Shown here: piece by piece, positions 16,493 to 25,898 of the stretch
Position numbering within the stretch: the first letter of the stretch is position 1
How the letters are laid out: every line of letters begins with the position of its first letter
Origin: Dehalococcoidia bacterium
GTDB lineage: Bacteria > Chloroflexota > Dehalococcoidia > GIF9 > JAUXIO01
NCBI GenBank assembly: GCA_030620975.1
Contig: JAUXIO010000001.1
Location: 1-58,092 of the forward strand
Reading direction: 5' to 3'
Length of the DNA stretch: 58,092 nucleotides
Position numbers and translations under genes: made by a program
Notes under the pieces: model-generated
The model's input: the letters and a program-made list of their open reading frames with translations, nothing else
Database searches by the model: none
Told to the model about the DNA's origin: nothing

Positions 16493-19400
16493 GTGAGATT
16501 AAAAGTCTGGGGGCAAATATTAATAATTGCATTGTTATTCAGCTCTTTCTTTTTGGCTAATCCCAGGCCGGCGGCAGCGGATGAGGGGGTTCTTCAGTGG
16601 ATGCGGTTAAATACTCCTCAAAACGGTGTCGCTGGGGAGTATGTGATAGCGAGCAATAGCGAGGTTAACCGCATTGCCATCGGCGCTGATGGCAATGCAA
16701 TTTACGCTTTGGATAGCCAGAACTCGCGGTTATATAAGTCTGGCGATGGCGGTTATGCTTGGCTTGAGCTGTCGGCTTATGTTGGTGGTGGTGCCGCTTG
16801 GACTAATTTGGCGGTATCTCCTGATGATGCCACTATCGTGGCTGTAGTTACCGATGGCGGGACTAATGTCTGGGCATCTCTAGATGGCGGGAATAGCTTT
16901 TTTAATACCAATGTGCCAGCTTTAGGTGCTGCCGAAACCATTACCTGCATTGCCATATCTCCTTGCTATGGTGGATTGTCCGCTGCAGCTAGAGATATAG
17001 CCATTGGCACTGCCGATGCACTGGCTGGCAGCGGCACTGGTCGCGTTTTTATCATGGCTTTGGGTTCCTTCCCCCTGGCCTGGACCGATGTGAGCACCGG
17101 GGCTACCGGCTGGATAAAGCCGCCAATAGCAGCCGTTGATGTCTTTGCTGTAGCTTATCCCGCGGGGTACGGAGCCGATAAGGTAATGTTGGCCATTGTG
17201 GCTGACGTGGCCGCTGGCAGTGGTGACACTTATCTTTACGCTGGACAAAGGGATGCTACCGGCGTTGTTACCTGGAATATCTGGACTGATTACCCGGTGG
17301 AAATTGCTAAAAGTGGGGAGGATTCGCCTCCGTCGCCATTGACTTATGCCTCCTTGGCTTTACCTTCGGACTATTTTGGTGGTGATGCGGCTACACGCCG
17401 CATCTATGCTTCCTGGTCTGACGGCGTTGGCGGCAATGCCAATGACGATGTTTACCGACTGGATGATACCACCGTGGTGCGCCTCGATGCCGGCAGCGGC
17501 GTTGAATTTGTTTGCAGCACTTTGGCTTACTGGGGCACATGTGATGAAGGGAAACTTCTGGCGGGGAGGCGAGCCAGCGCCTGGCCGGCACCTATGGCGC
17601 CCAGCGTTCAGGTACGCAGCACTTCGGAGCCGCAGTTGAGGTTTCCCACCTGGCGAAATAGCCGCAAGCCCCCCACCGGCGTCAATGAGGCTCAGGCGGC
17701 TTGGTCTGCCGACGGCAAGGTGGCTTATTGCGGCACCAGCACCATTGGTGGTGCCGCTAACGATGAGAGTGCCGTATCACAGAGTACCAATGATGGCTTG
17801 AGCTGGAACCAGGTCGGCCTTATTGATACCGTCATTACGCGCGTTAACGATATCGAGCCTGCGCCCCAGGGAGATGTTCTGTTCATGACCACTGTGAATG
17901 CTGGTGCTGCTAAGGCTGATAGCTTGTGGCGCGCTAAAGGCAGCTTACCGTATAGGAAGTGGGAAAGGGTATTAGCTCGCTCAAGCCTTGGTACTGGTGA
18001 CAATCCCCTGATTAGAATTGACCCCGATTATGCCAGTACTGAAACGCTGTGGTGTGTTAACGCCGACCCTGTAAAGGCATTTCAGGAGCTATTTCTTTTT
18101 AAAGACGGTGGTGAAACTTATTTGCCTCGCGGCTGCAATGTAGTTCTGGTTGACCTTGCTGTTGAGGACGAGAATGCCATTTATGGGCTTGATGCTAACG
18201 GTCTTGCCAGTAGGAGCGCTGATGGCGGCTGGACATGGGAAATGCCGGTAGATACTCAACTTGGCAGCGGTTACTCTATAGCCTGTGCTCGCGCAGCTAC
18301 CACCCCGGACAATTATAAGGGCAACATATTGGTTGGCGGCAGGGGTACCGGCACCTATGATGTGGCTTATTCCACCGACGGCGCTGCCAGCTTCACTCCA
18401 ATTACTGAGCTGCTTCCCTTCCGCGATAACACTCTGGTAGCTGCCAGCTCCGGCTACAAGAGCGATGGCAGCATCTTGGCGATTAATTCAGGGGGAATGT
18501 ACTGCTGGGGGATTTTCTCCGGAAAAACTGAGTGGGAGCAGTGGTGGTGGGGGAGCGTGAGCGGCCTGGCGCTGTCCAGGAATTATGGCTTCTACTTTCC
18601 CACCCCAGCCAGTCTATGGGCTCCGGCTACAGTGCAGGTGCGCTGGTGTGCGGCTAATGCCGGGCTTGATGCCGGTATTACTTTCGGCCCTCAACCTAGC
18701 AGGGGAGAGCTGAGGCTCTCCGGTGGTCTGGTGGCTAACGAGCCGGTTACCGCTTGGATTATTGTCCGGCGCCTCTACGGCCCGCCTGCAGGTGGTGTCT
18801 GGTGTTATGTGGATACTTTGTCCTGGCTTGGTCCTGCCCCGGTTACGCCGGCAAGTAGAGCCCTGGTGGATTATGACCCGGTATCGGGGAGAAGTGGAGC
18901 AGTCAGCTTTAAGTGGAAGCCGAGGTCCTTGTCTAAGGGATATCAGATTCAGGTAGCAGCAGATAGAGACTTTAATATAAGCGTCATTGATATTGGCGGC
19001 GGATGGGCTGGTCCCTTTTACAATCCTTCTGCCTTGGCGGAGCCAGCCTTAGTTCTGCCTCCCGGCGGCGGCACAGTTATTGATGGCAGCGGTAACAATT
19101 GGCCGGTTCCCGCTCTCGCTGCTGGCAGGACCTACTACTGGAGAGTTAAAATTCGGGATGTGGCTACTGGTGATGCCATCGCTAGTCCTTGGTCCTGGAC
19201 GGAGGGCTTCATTGTGGAGGCCGGCGTGCCGGTGAGAGCTTCCTCTCCCGGCTTGCTCATTATGAGTCCGTGTAATGGCGCTGCCAGCGTTACCTGCCAG
19301 CCGGCTTTTTCCTGGTCAACTATGCATGGAGCTGCTGAGTATGAGTTTGTCTTAGCTGAAGACGCGGCAATGACCGATGTTGTGATGCAGACGGGAGTAG

Positions 19401-19648
19401 CTGCTTCAGCCTATAAGCATGATGGTTGGCTTGAATGGGGCAAGACTTATTTCTGGCGAGCGAGAGTGACTAAACCAACCCCGGGGGATTGGAGTTCTGT
19501 AGCCACTTTCACAGTGATGGAGCAGTCTTTCCCTGCCGGCGTGGGTGCAGCTGGGGAATTGCCATCAACGCCTATCTGGGCGTGGGCAATTATCGCTATG
19601 GGGGCGGTATCTATACTTGTTGTGCTCGTTCTTATTCTCCGCATGTGA
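16493..19648 (+). CDS. large cell-surface BNR/Asp-box repeat protein with C-terminal TM anchor (S-layer-like)
   Basis: GTG start with SD AAGGAGG. Signal peptide ends at AAADEG. At least 6 Asp-box-like motifs: SGDGGYAW, SLDGGNSF, STNDGLSW, FKDGGETY, SADGGWTW, STDGAASF. The C-terminal Ig/FN3-like modules end in YYWRVK and YFWRARV. The terminal TM is WAWAIIAMGAVSILVVLVLILRM. Confidence 0.75.
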   Translation: MRLKVWGQILIIALLFSSFFLANPRPAAADEGVLQWMRLNTPQNGVAGEYVIASNSEVNRIAIGADGNAIYALDSQNSRLYKSGDGGYAWLELSAYVGGGAAWTNLAVSPDDATIVAVVTDGGTNVWASLDGGNSFFNTNVPALGAAETITCIAISPCYGGLSAAARDIAIGTADALAGSGTGRVFIMALGSFPLAWTDVSTGATGWIKPPIAAVDVFAVAYPAGYGADKVMLAIVADVAAGSGDTYLYAGQRDATGVVTWNIWTDYPVEIAKSGEDSPPSPLTYASLALPSDYFGGDAATRRIYASWSDGVGGNANDDVYRLDDTTVVRLDAGSGVEFVCSTLAYWGTCDEGKLLAGRRASAWPAPMAPSVQVRSTSEPQLRFPTWRNSRKPPTGVNEAQAAWSADGKVAYCGTSTIGGAANDESAVSQSTNDGLSWNQVGLIDTVITRVNDIEPAPQGDVLFMTTVNAGAAKADSLWRAKGSLPYRKWERVLARSSLGTGDNPLIRIDPDYASTETLWCVNADPVKAFQELFLFKDGGETYLPRGCNVVLVDLAVEDENAIYGLDANGLASRSADGGWTWEMPVDTQLGSGYSIACARAATTPDNYKGNILVGGRGTGTYDVAYSTDGAASFTPITELLPFRDNTLVAASSGYKSDGSILAINSGGMYCWGIFSGKTEWEQWWWGSVSGLALSRNYGFYFPTPASLWAPATVQVRWCAANAGLDAGITFGPQPSRGELRLSGGLVANEPVTAWIIVRRLYGPPAGGVWCYVDTLSWLGPAPVTPASRALVDYDPVSGRSGAVSFKWKPRSLSKGYQIQVAADRDFNISVIDIGGGWAGPFYNPSALAEPALVLPPGGGTVIDGSGNNWPVPALAAGRTYYWRVKIRDVATGDAIASPWSWTEGFIVEAGVPVRASSPGLLIMSPCNGAASVTCQPAFSWSTMHGAAEYEFVLAEDAAMTDVVMQTGVAASAYKHDGWLEWGKTYFWRARVTKPTPGDWSSVATFTVMEQSFPAGVGAAGELPSTPIWAWAIIAMGAVSILVVLVLILRM

Positions 19649-19815
19649 CCCCAGGCTTCGTGGAATCTGGAGTGGTATACAGGTGAAGGCAAACTGACCA
19701 GACAATTGGGCTTTTCTGGTAGCCGCCTCTTGGTTATTCAAATGATTTTTAACTATTATCTGGGTGGGGGGTCTTCCCCACTGCCAGCCATTCAGCATAT
19801 AATTAGAGTGTCCAA

Positions 19816-21429
19816 ATGATATATGATGTGAGTCATTACGAGAGGATATGTGACAAGTTCAAATGGGATATACCGGAGCGATTCAATTTTACCTTTGATG
19901 TTGTGGATAAATGGGCGAGGGAAGACCGTAGCAAACTGGCGCTGGTGAGTGTTGATGATTCTGGCGGCGAGGCGCAGAGACACACATTCTGGGAACTTTC
20001 AAATTTTTCAAGCAAATTTGCGAATATCTTAAAAGGACATGGAATAAGTAAGGGCGATCGTATTCTGGTCATGCTCCCCGCTGTACCTGAATGGTATGTC
20101 GCCGTATTAGGTGCAATTAGGCTTGGTGCTATTTTTATGCCAACGCCGACACTTTCAACCCTAAAGGACATTCAATATAGAATTGAGCAGTCTGAGGCAA
20201 TAGCGGTTGTTACAAGCAGCGAGTTTGCCTCTCGGTTTCGAGAGATAAAAGGCCATTGTCCTTCCTTGAAGAAGCTGATACTTACCGATGGCGATATGAA
20301 TGGCTGGGTGAGTTACCAGAGGGAGATGGTCTGGGCTTCTGCGGAGTTCCAGCTACAAGTGAGAACGAAGAGCAGCGATCCTATGCTTATATATTTTACG
20401 TCCGGGACTACGGGTTATCCCAAGATGGTGCTGCATACGCATTCATATGCTATTGCTCATATTGCTACCGCTAAATATGTTCATGATCTTAGACCTACAG
20501 ATTTGCATTGGACGTTTGCGGATACTGGCTGGGCAAAGACAGCCTGGGGGAAACTGTTTGGACAGTGGATTTTAGGCACCGCAGTGCTTCAGTATAACTT
20601 CAATGGGAAATTTGTTCCCCAGAAAGCGCTAAAAGTGCTTGAGAAATATAGAGTAACCACTTTCTGTGCTCCGCCGACCATCTACCGTATGTTAATTCTC
20701 AAGGATGTTGAGGCGTATGACCTCAGCAATCTGCGGCACTGCGTGAGTGCTGGAGAGCCATTGAATGCTGAGGTTATACGTACTTGGAAGAGACTTACTG
20801 GGCTTGAGCTTCGTGACTGTTATGGCCAGACGGAAACCATTTGTTTGGTTGCTAATTACCCATTCATGCCAATTAAGCCTGGATCGATGGGTAAACCTAC
20901 ACCGGGTCACATCGTTTCCATAATTGATGAACAGGGCAACGAGTTACCGCCTAGGAAAGCAGGTGGAATCGGAGTAAAAGTTAAGCCTGTTCACCCACCG
21001 GGTTTGCTAAGGGAATATTGGAAGAATCCTGAAGCTACAGAGAAGTCTTTTTGCGGTGATTGGTACTATACGGGAGATATGGCTTATACTGATGAGGATG
21101 GTTATTTTTGGTTTGTTGGGCGTGACGATGACATCATAAAGTCCTCTGGCTATCGCATTGGCCCGTTTGAAGTTGAAAGCATTCTCCAAGAACACCCTGC
21201 GGTTGCAGAGTCTGCGGTTGTAGGGGTTCCGGACCCGCTTCGTGGACAGATCGTCAAGGCGTTTGTCGTTCTGACTCCGGGATGTGAAGGCAGGGATGAG
21301 CTTACCAGGGAGCTACAGGAGCTTGTAAAGAAAGCTACTGCCCCTTATAAATATCCCCGTGAGATCGAGTATGTTGCTGAATTACCCAAGACCGCCAGCG
21401 GCAAAATACTTCGCACTGAGCTGCGTTAA
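19816..21429 (+). CDS. AMP-forming acyl-CoA synthetase (medium-chain type)
   Basis: YFTSGTTGYPKMV AMP-binding motif, YGQTE, GDMAYTDEDGYFWFVGRDDD, and C-terminal PKTASGKILR. Confidence 0.85.
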   Translation: MIYDVSHYERICDKFKWDIPERFNFTFDVVDKWAREDRSKLALVSVDDSGGEAQRHTFWELSNFSSKFANILKGHGISKGDRILVMLPAVPEWYVAVLGAIRLGAIFMPTPTLSTLKDIQYRIEQSEAIAVVTSSEFASRFREIKGHCPSLKKLILTDGDMNGWVSYQREMVWASAEFQLQVRTKSSDPMLIYFTSGTTGYPKMVLHTHSYAIAHIATAKYVHDLRPTDLHWTFADTGWAKTAWGKLFGQWILGTAVLQYNFNGKFVPQKALKVLEKYRVTTFCAPPTIYRMLILKDVEAYDLSNLRHCVSAGEPLNAEVIRTWKRLTGLELRDCYGQTETICLVANYPFMPIKPGSMGKPTPGHIVSIIDEQGNELPPRKAGGIGVKVKPVHPPGLLREYWKNPEATEKSFCGDWYYTGDMAYTDEDGYFWFVGRDDDIIKSSGYRIGPFEVESILQEHPAVAESAVVGVPDPLRGQIVKAFVVLTPGCEGRDELTRELQELVKKATAPYKYPREIEYVAELPKTASGKILRTELR

Positions 21430-21489
21430 AATGGAGGCGGTAGCCGCAAGCTAGTCTGGCTATGCCCTATATTATTTCTGATTGAGAAG

Positions 21490-22602
21490 ATGGAAAGAGC
21501 TACAGGTCTGGGCGGGATTTCTAAAATTCGAATACGGTTACATTATACCTGGTTTGTTGCTTTTGTCTTAGTTGTGGTAGGTATAGTGGTTATCTTCCCT
21601 GCGGCTTATCCCATGTGGCAGAGGATAGCCCTTGGCGTAGCCGCTGATGTGCTTTTCCTCGCTTCCATGGCTGGGCGTGAAATAGTCCGCAATTTCGTAG
21701 CCGTCAATAGAGGCATCCCGGTGAAGAATGTTACCTTGTTTGTCTTTGGTGGAGTGCCTCAGATAGCTGAAGAGTCCACTTCTCCCATTCTTGAGCTGTT
21801 GCTGGCTGCGGTTGGACTTTTATCCAGCCTGATAATAGCCGGGATATTTTACGGAGTTTATTTTGCGCTGGCGGGGACCAGTGCGGTTCTAGCTGCCGGG
21901 CTTGTCCAATGGCTGGGTTTTATCAATATTATGCTGGTTTTCTTTAATCTTATTCCCGGTTTTCCTCTAGATGGAGGCAGGACTCTCCGGGCATTTCTGT
22001 GGATGAAGAGCGGTAATTATGCTTGGGCAATGCATATTACCGTCTTGATTGGACGCGGTATCGGTTTCCTCTTCATCGTCGGGGGCATTTTGGCGGTGGT
22101 CCTTGCCAGCGAGTGGTTTGCCGGGCTGCTGCTGGTTTTTGTGGGCTGGCTTTTAGAAAGAGCGGCGGCGGTCATTTATCGTCAGGTGCTGCTGCACAAG
22201 GCGCTTCATGGCGTTACAGCCCAGGATATAATGAGCGGGGATTATCCCCTCGTTGATCAACAACTTAGCCTTGGGCAATTGGTGCATGACTACGTTCTGC
22301 GTACGGGGCAGCGCTACTTTGTGGTGGTTGATGAGGGTGGCTTGCAGGGGATTGTGACCCTGCGCGATATAAAGTCAGTGCCTCAAAAGCGCTGGGACTC
22401 TACCCGCGTGGGTGAAATAATGATACCTGCCAGCGAGCTCAGGACCGCTTACCCGGGTCAACCGGGGGTAAGCCTGCTTGGGCAGATGGATGAGTGGGAT
22501 ATACACCAAGTACCGGTGCTGGAGGGAGGTAGGGTAGTTGGCGTGGTAGCTCGGGATGACTTAGTTCGATTCCGCAGCACAAGAGCTGAGCTTGGAATGT
22601 AA
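21490..22602 (+). CDS. M50 (site-2 protease) family membrane protein with CBS pair; HExxH replaced by RExxR
   Basis: FNLIPGFPLDGGR motif and GIPVKNVTLFVFGGV are conserved. The position of HExxH reads GREIVRN. The C-terminus carries two CBS-like repeats. Confidence 0.8.
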   Translation: MERATGLGGISKIRIRLHYTWFVAFVLVVVGIVVIFPAAYPMWQRIALGVAADVLFLASMAGREIVRNFVAVNRGIPVKNVTLFVFGGVPQIAEESTSPILELLLAAVGLLSSLIIAGIFYGVYFALAGTSAVLAAGLVQWLGFINIMLVFFNLIPGFPLDGGRTLRAFLWMKSGNYAWAMHITVLIGRGIGFLFIVGGILAVVLASEWFAGLLLVFVGWLLERAAAVIYRQVLLHKALHGVTAQDIMSGDYPLVDQQLSLGQLVHDYVLRTGQRYFVVVDEGGLQGIVTLRDIKSVPQKRWDSTRVGEIMIPASELRTAYPGQPGVSLLGQMDEWDIHQVPVLEGGRVVGVVARDDLVRFRSTRAELGM

Positions 22603-24064
22603 TTTTTTGAGCGGTCTCCAGCAGCAATGATTGGGTGGGAATTTCGTCAATAACTTTTCTCTGTCTGCTTTCTTTACAATAAACTCTCCATTCGGCCTTG
22701 AACCACTGGAAGGGGCTTTCTGCCTCTGACCATATTTGCATTCTCAAGTCGCGGGGACTATTGCTTGCCCATGACACGCCTCTGATGTTAGTCAAGGGCG
22801 TGCCGCTGGCTATTTCAACTTCATAATGGTCGCGCTTGGCCCCCGCGGGCAGCAGCCCCTGTCCGTAGATATTCCAATCTACCTGTAGATAATTTCGGGG
22901 GCCAGCTCTAGTCCGCAAGTAGAGCTGGCAATTCTCAGGCTCATCGGGATTAAGCCAGCGCAATTCCTCAATGCTGGTAAAGAGCACGGAGGACCGCACT
23001 CGATTGATTTGGTAGCTGCTCCTCTTGTCTCCGCGAAGGCGATTCCCAACCACATCCTCCCATTCCTGCCACTTGGTGTAGGACTCATTCCAGTGCCACA
23101 CCGTGCCGCTGCTGATGGGAACTTCGCCGACGAGGTCCTGCCAGTAGTCTTTTCCCAGCAACCAGTCAGATTCATGTTCAAGGCTGCCGCCTTTAGCGAA
23201 GGTGGAGCATTCTATATTCCCGCCAAAAAGGTAGCTCAAAGTTTCGCTCGCCATGAAGCCGGCCACCTTATTCAGGGCTTCAAAATCGCTGTGACCGTGC
23301 TCCCCGTAGTAGACTATATCGGCCTCATCGGAATATTGAGCTGACACTGGCACCACGCCATCATCCATATCCCAGGGATAGGGGTCAACTCCGCCAAAAT
23401 CAAACTGCTTGCTGAGCGGCGCGCTTTCACCTGATATGAAGGCCAGCCAGTGTTTATAGCGGCCTACCCAGTCCCCGTCTTCAGAGCTGTCGTGATAGGC
23501 TATAGAAGTGCAGACACCGCGGTCGGAAAGTAGCCATCGGGCTCGACAGTAGTCTAGCGTCGAGCCGCCACCGCTGACGCGGTACCTGGCTAGAGGCTTA
23601 ATGGGAGCGTTAATGGTAACCACCAGCGCCACCTTGTCGGCTAAATCACCCACATTCCTTGCTGCCGCATAAATGGCTGTCTTGCCTCCCATGCTGTGTC
23701 CAATCAGGATGAGGTTTCTCTTATCATGAAAGTGCTTGTTAATGCTATCGGCGATGTTATCAGCCCAGGTGGTGATATTAACATCGTTGGGATAACATCG
23801 GTTCAAGCTGTGAGCCCGAATCTTAATATTGGGATTGGAATGCTCGTAGTTGAGGATGTATGTCGGTAATTGCTCCGCGATGGAATCAGCTAGAAGTTGC
23901 GTGGCACAGGTAGTGCCGCCAGCACCGTGGAGGAAAACAAAATTTAACTCTTTGTATTCGGTGGGGCTTTCTTGAGTTGACTGGACTGGACTGTAGAGGC
24001 CGAGTTGAAGGCAGAGTGCAATGGTTATTAATAGCGCTAATCGTTTTGGGGCCATTTTGGGCAT
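22439..24064 (-). CDS. secreted alpha/beta-hydrolase (lipase/esterase-like) with a ~300-aa C-terminal region of unknown function
   Basis: Signal-like N-terminus MPKMAPKRLALLITIALCLQLGLYSPVQS, then FVFLHGAGG and the nucleophile elbow GHSMGG. The last ~55 codons run antisense through the 3' end of the M50/CBS gene. Confidence 0.7.
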   Translation of the reverse strand: MPKMAPKRLALLITIALCLQLGLYSPVQSTQESPTEYKELNFVFLHGAGGTTCATQLLADSIAEQLPTYILNYEHSNPNIKIRAHSLNRCYPNDVNITTWADNIADSINKHFHDKRNLILIGHSMGGKTAIYAAARNVGDLADKVALVVTINAPIKPLARYRVSGGGSTLDYCRARWLLSDRGVCTSIAYHDSSEDGDWVGRYKHWLAFISGESAPLSKQFDFGGVDPYPWDMDDGVVPVSAQYSDEADIVYYGEHGHSDFEALNKVAGFMASETLSYLFGGNIECSTFAKGGSLEHESDWLLGKDYWQDLVGEVPISSGTVWHWNESYTKWQEWEDVVGNRLRGDKRSSYQINRVRSSVLFTSIEELRWLNPDEPENCQLYLRTRAGPRNYLQVDWNIYGQGLLPAGAKRDHYEVEIASGTPLTNIRGVSWASNSPRDLRMQIWSEAESPFQWFKAEWRVYCKESRQRKVIDEIPTQSLLLETAQKITFQAQLLCCGIELSHPELPRQLPYLPPAPVLGVYPTHPSAQAGLPPVDPGKRS

Positions 24065-24083
24065 TATATCAAATAAGAGGCGT

Positions 24084-25016
24084 CTAGATAACGACGTTCA
24101 AAGCGGTGGGCAAGATGCTGAAGCGGGCAGGGGCTTCTCCCAAGAGCTCGCCGTCAGCTTGGAGGTACATCTGTTGTGTGGAGCGTACTTCTATCTCTCG
24201 CGCTCTCTTTACGGTGACTTTGGGATGGGTGATGTGAGTACCCTTATAGATTTTCCGCAGTGACCAGAGGAGGTCTAGTTTGCTCAAATTACCTATTATC
24301 ACTACATCAAGAAGGCCATCTGCGGGGTCTGCATTGGGCGCAGTAAGCATGCCCCCTCCTCCATATCTGCCATTGCTCATCAAGACGGCGCAAACCTTCC
24401 TTTCCTCTGTTTCCCCGTCCACCGTAAGCGATATCTCCTTACTTTCGTAAAGCAGAAAAGTAGTGAGTAGTCCTGCAAGGTAAGAGGGCGTGTCACCCAG
24501 AGCTTTAAACCTCTGGGTGGTGGCCTTAACTACTTCGGCATCGAAACCCAAGCCGGCGAAGTTTACAAAGAGTCGCTTTACCAGCTGCCCGTTATCTGTG
24601 TATTCGATGGCGCCAAGGTCTACCGTGTGCCTTCTCGGGTTTAGCAGACGTTGGCAAGCTTCTTTGTAGGAGTGGGGAATGCCAATGGTGCGAATGTAGT
24701 CGCAACCTGTTCCGGTGCATATAATGCCCAGCATTACATCGCCGAGGCCATCGGTGTCATATAGACCGTTCACGACCTCATTTATCGTGCCATCGCCGCC
24801 TACGGATACCACCAACTCACAGCCTTTCTCAACCGCTGATTTGGCGAGCTCTGTGGCATGCCCTGGAGCTTCTGTGAAATCGTGTTCGAAGCGCAGGCCG
24901 ATACTTTCCAAAAGCCCCATGATGTTCGGCCATTTCTTGGCGGTTCTGCCAGCACCGGCGATTGGATTGACGATTACTCGGGCATATGGCGTGGGACTCA
25001 CCTTTCTAATAGTCAA
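24084..25016 (-). CDS. diacylglycerol/lipid kinase family protein (YegS/DagK-like)
   Basis: VIVNPIAGAGR and VSVGGDGTINEV motifs. About 310 aa. Confidence 0.85.
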   Translation of the reverse strand: MTIRKVSPTPYARVIVNPIAGAGRTAKKWPNIMGLLESIGLRFEHDFTEAPGHATELAKSAVEKGCELVVSVGGDGTINEVVNGLYDTDGLGDVMLGIICTGTGCDYIRTIGIPHSYKEACQRLLNPRRHTVDLGAIEYTDNGQLVKRLFVNFAGLGFDAEVVKATTQRFKALGDTPSYLAGLLTTFLLYESKEISLTVDGETEERKVCAVLMSNGRYGGGGMLTAPNADPADGLLDVVIIGNLSKLDLLWSLRKIYKGTHITHPKVTVKRAREIEVRSTQQMYLQADGELLGEAPARFSILPTALNVVI

Positions 25017-25109
25017 TGTTCTTTATCTTGCTTTTAACCTTACCACCCATCAGTATATCACAGTTGATTAACTGGGGGCTTAATTCGTTAAGTAGTGGTC
25101 TCAGCGGGG

Positions 25110-25138
25110 TTGCAATTCCAGCGCGTTTTTAATATATT
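25110..25138 (+). promoter_or_regulatory. sigma70-like promoter (TTGCAA, 17-nt spacer, TATATT) upstream of plsY
   Basis: Hexamers at 25110-25115 and 25133-25138, in the divergent intergenic region. Confidence 0.3.
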
Positions 25139-25211
25139 AAGCTCATTATTGAGTGGTTTTTACTCTCTTGCATGATTGACTTTTATAGCTGTGGTTTCCG
25201 TTTTGGGTGTT

Positions 25212-25841
25212 ATGGCTGCTGAAGTATATATTGCTGTAATCGCCATAGTCTGTGCCTACATCATCGGCTCCTTTCCCTCTGCTTACATTGCCGGCCGCCT
25301 CAGAAGGGGGATAGACATTCGCGAGGTGGGGAGCCGAAATATGGGCGCCATGAATGTCCTGTACAAAGTTGGCGTAATGGAAGGCATTCTGGTTCTAGCA
25401 GTGGATATAGGTAAGGGGGCAGCTGCAGTTGCCCTGGCTCGCTGGCTGGGGACGGCGGAAATAGTTCAGCTTCTTGGTGGGGCGGCTGCTATAGTGGGGC
25501 ACAGCTTTCCGGTATTTCTGAAATTCCACGGAGGGAAGGGAGGAGCTACCTGCATTGGCATCCTCGTATTCTTGATGCCCTGGAGCGTCCCCTTTTTCTT
25601 GGGCATCTTTGGAGCAGCCCTGCTTTTCACTCGTTATCTTACCCTCAGCTACAGCTTGGCTTTCATTTGTATGCCTTTTGTTGCCTGGCTGGTCTATGGG
25701 TCGGGCATGCTGGTAGCTTTTTCAATAGCGCTGCCACTGCTGGTTGGAACAAGGTATATCCCGCGAGTAAAAGAAATGCGCTCAGTTGGAGGTAGCTGGC
25801 GCCGAGTTGCCCTGCGCAGAAACTTGAAGGACAGGTTCTGA
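25212..25841 (+). CDS. plsY: acyl-phosphate:glycerol-3-phosphate acyltransferase PlsY
   Basis: GSFPSAYIAG, GSRNMGAMNV and GHSFPVFLKFHGGKG motifs. The ATG at 25212 is preferred to the longer track ORF. Confidence 0.85.
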   Translation: MAAEVYIAVIAIVCAYIIGSFPSAYIAGRLRRGIDIREVGSRNMGAMNVLYKVGVMEGILVLAVDIGKGAAAVALARWLGTAEIVQLLGGAAAIVGHSFPVFLKFHGGKGGATCIGILVFLMPWSVPFFLGIFGAALLFTRYLTLSYSLAFICMPFVAWLVYGSGMLVAFSIALPLLVGTRYIPRVKEMRSVGGSWRRVALRRNLKDRF

Positions 25842-25898
25842 GCTCGTTAGCTTTCTCCACGTGGACACGAAGGCGAAGCTAAAGCTTATAATTCGCTT

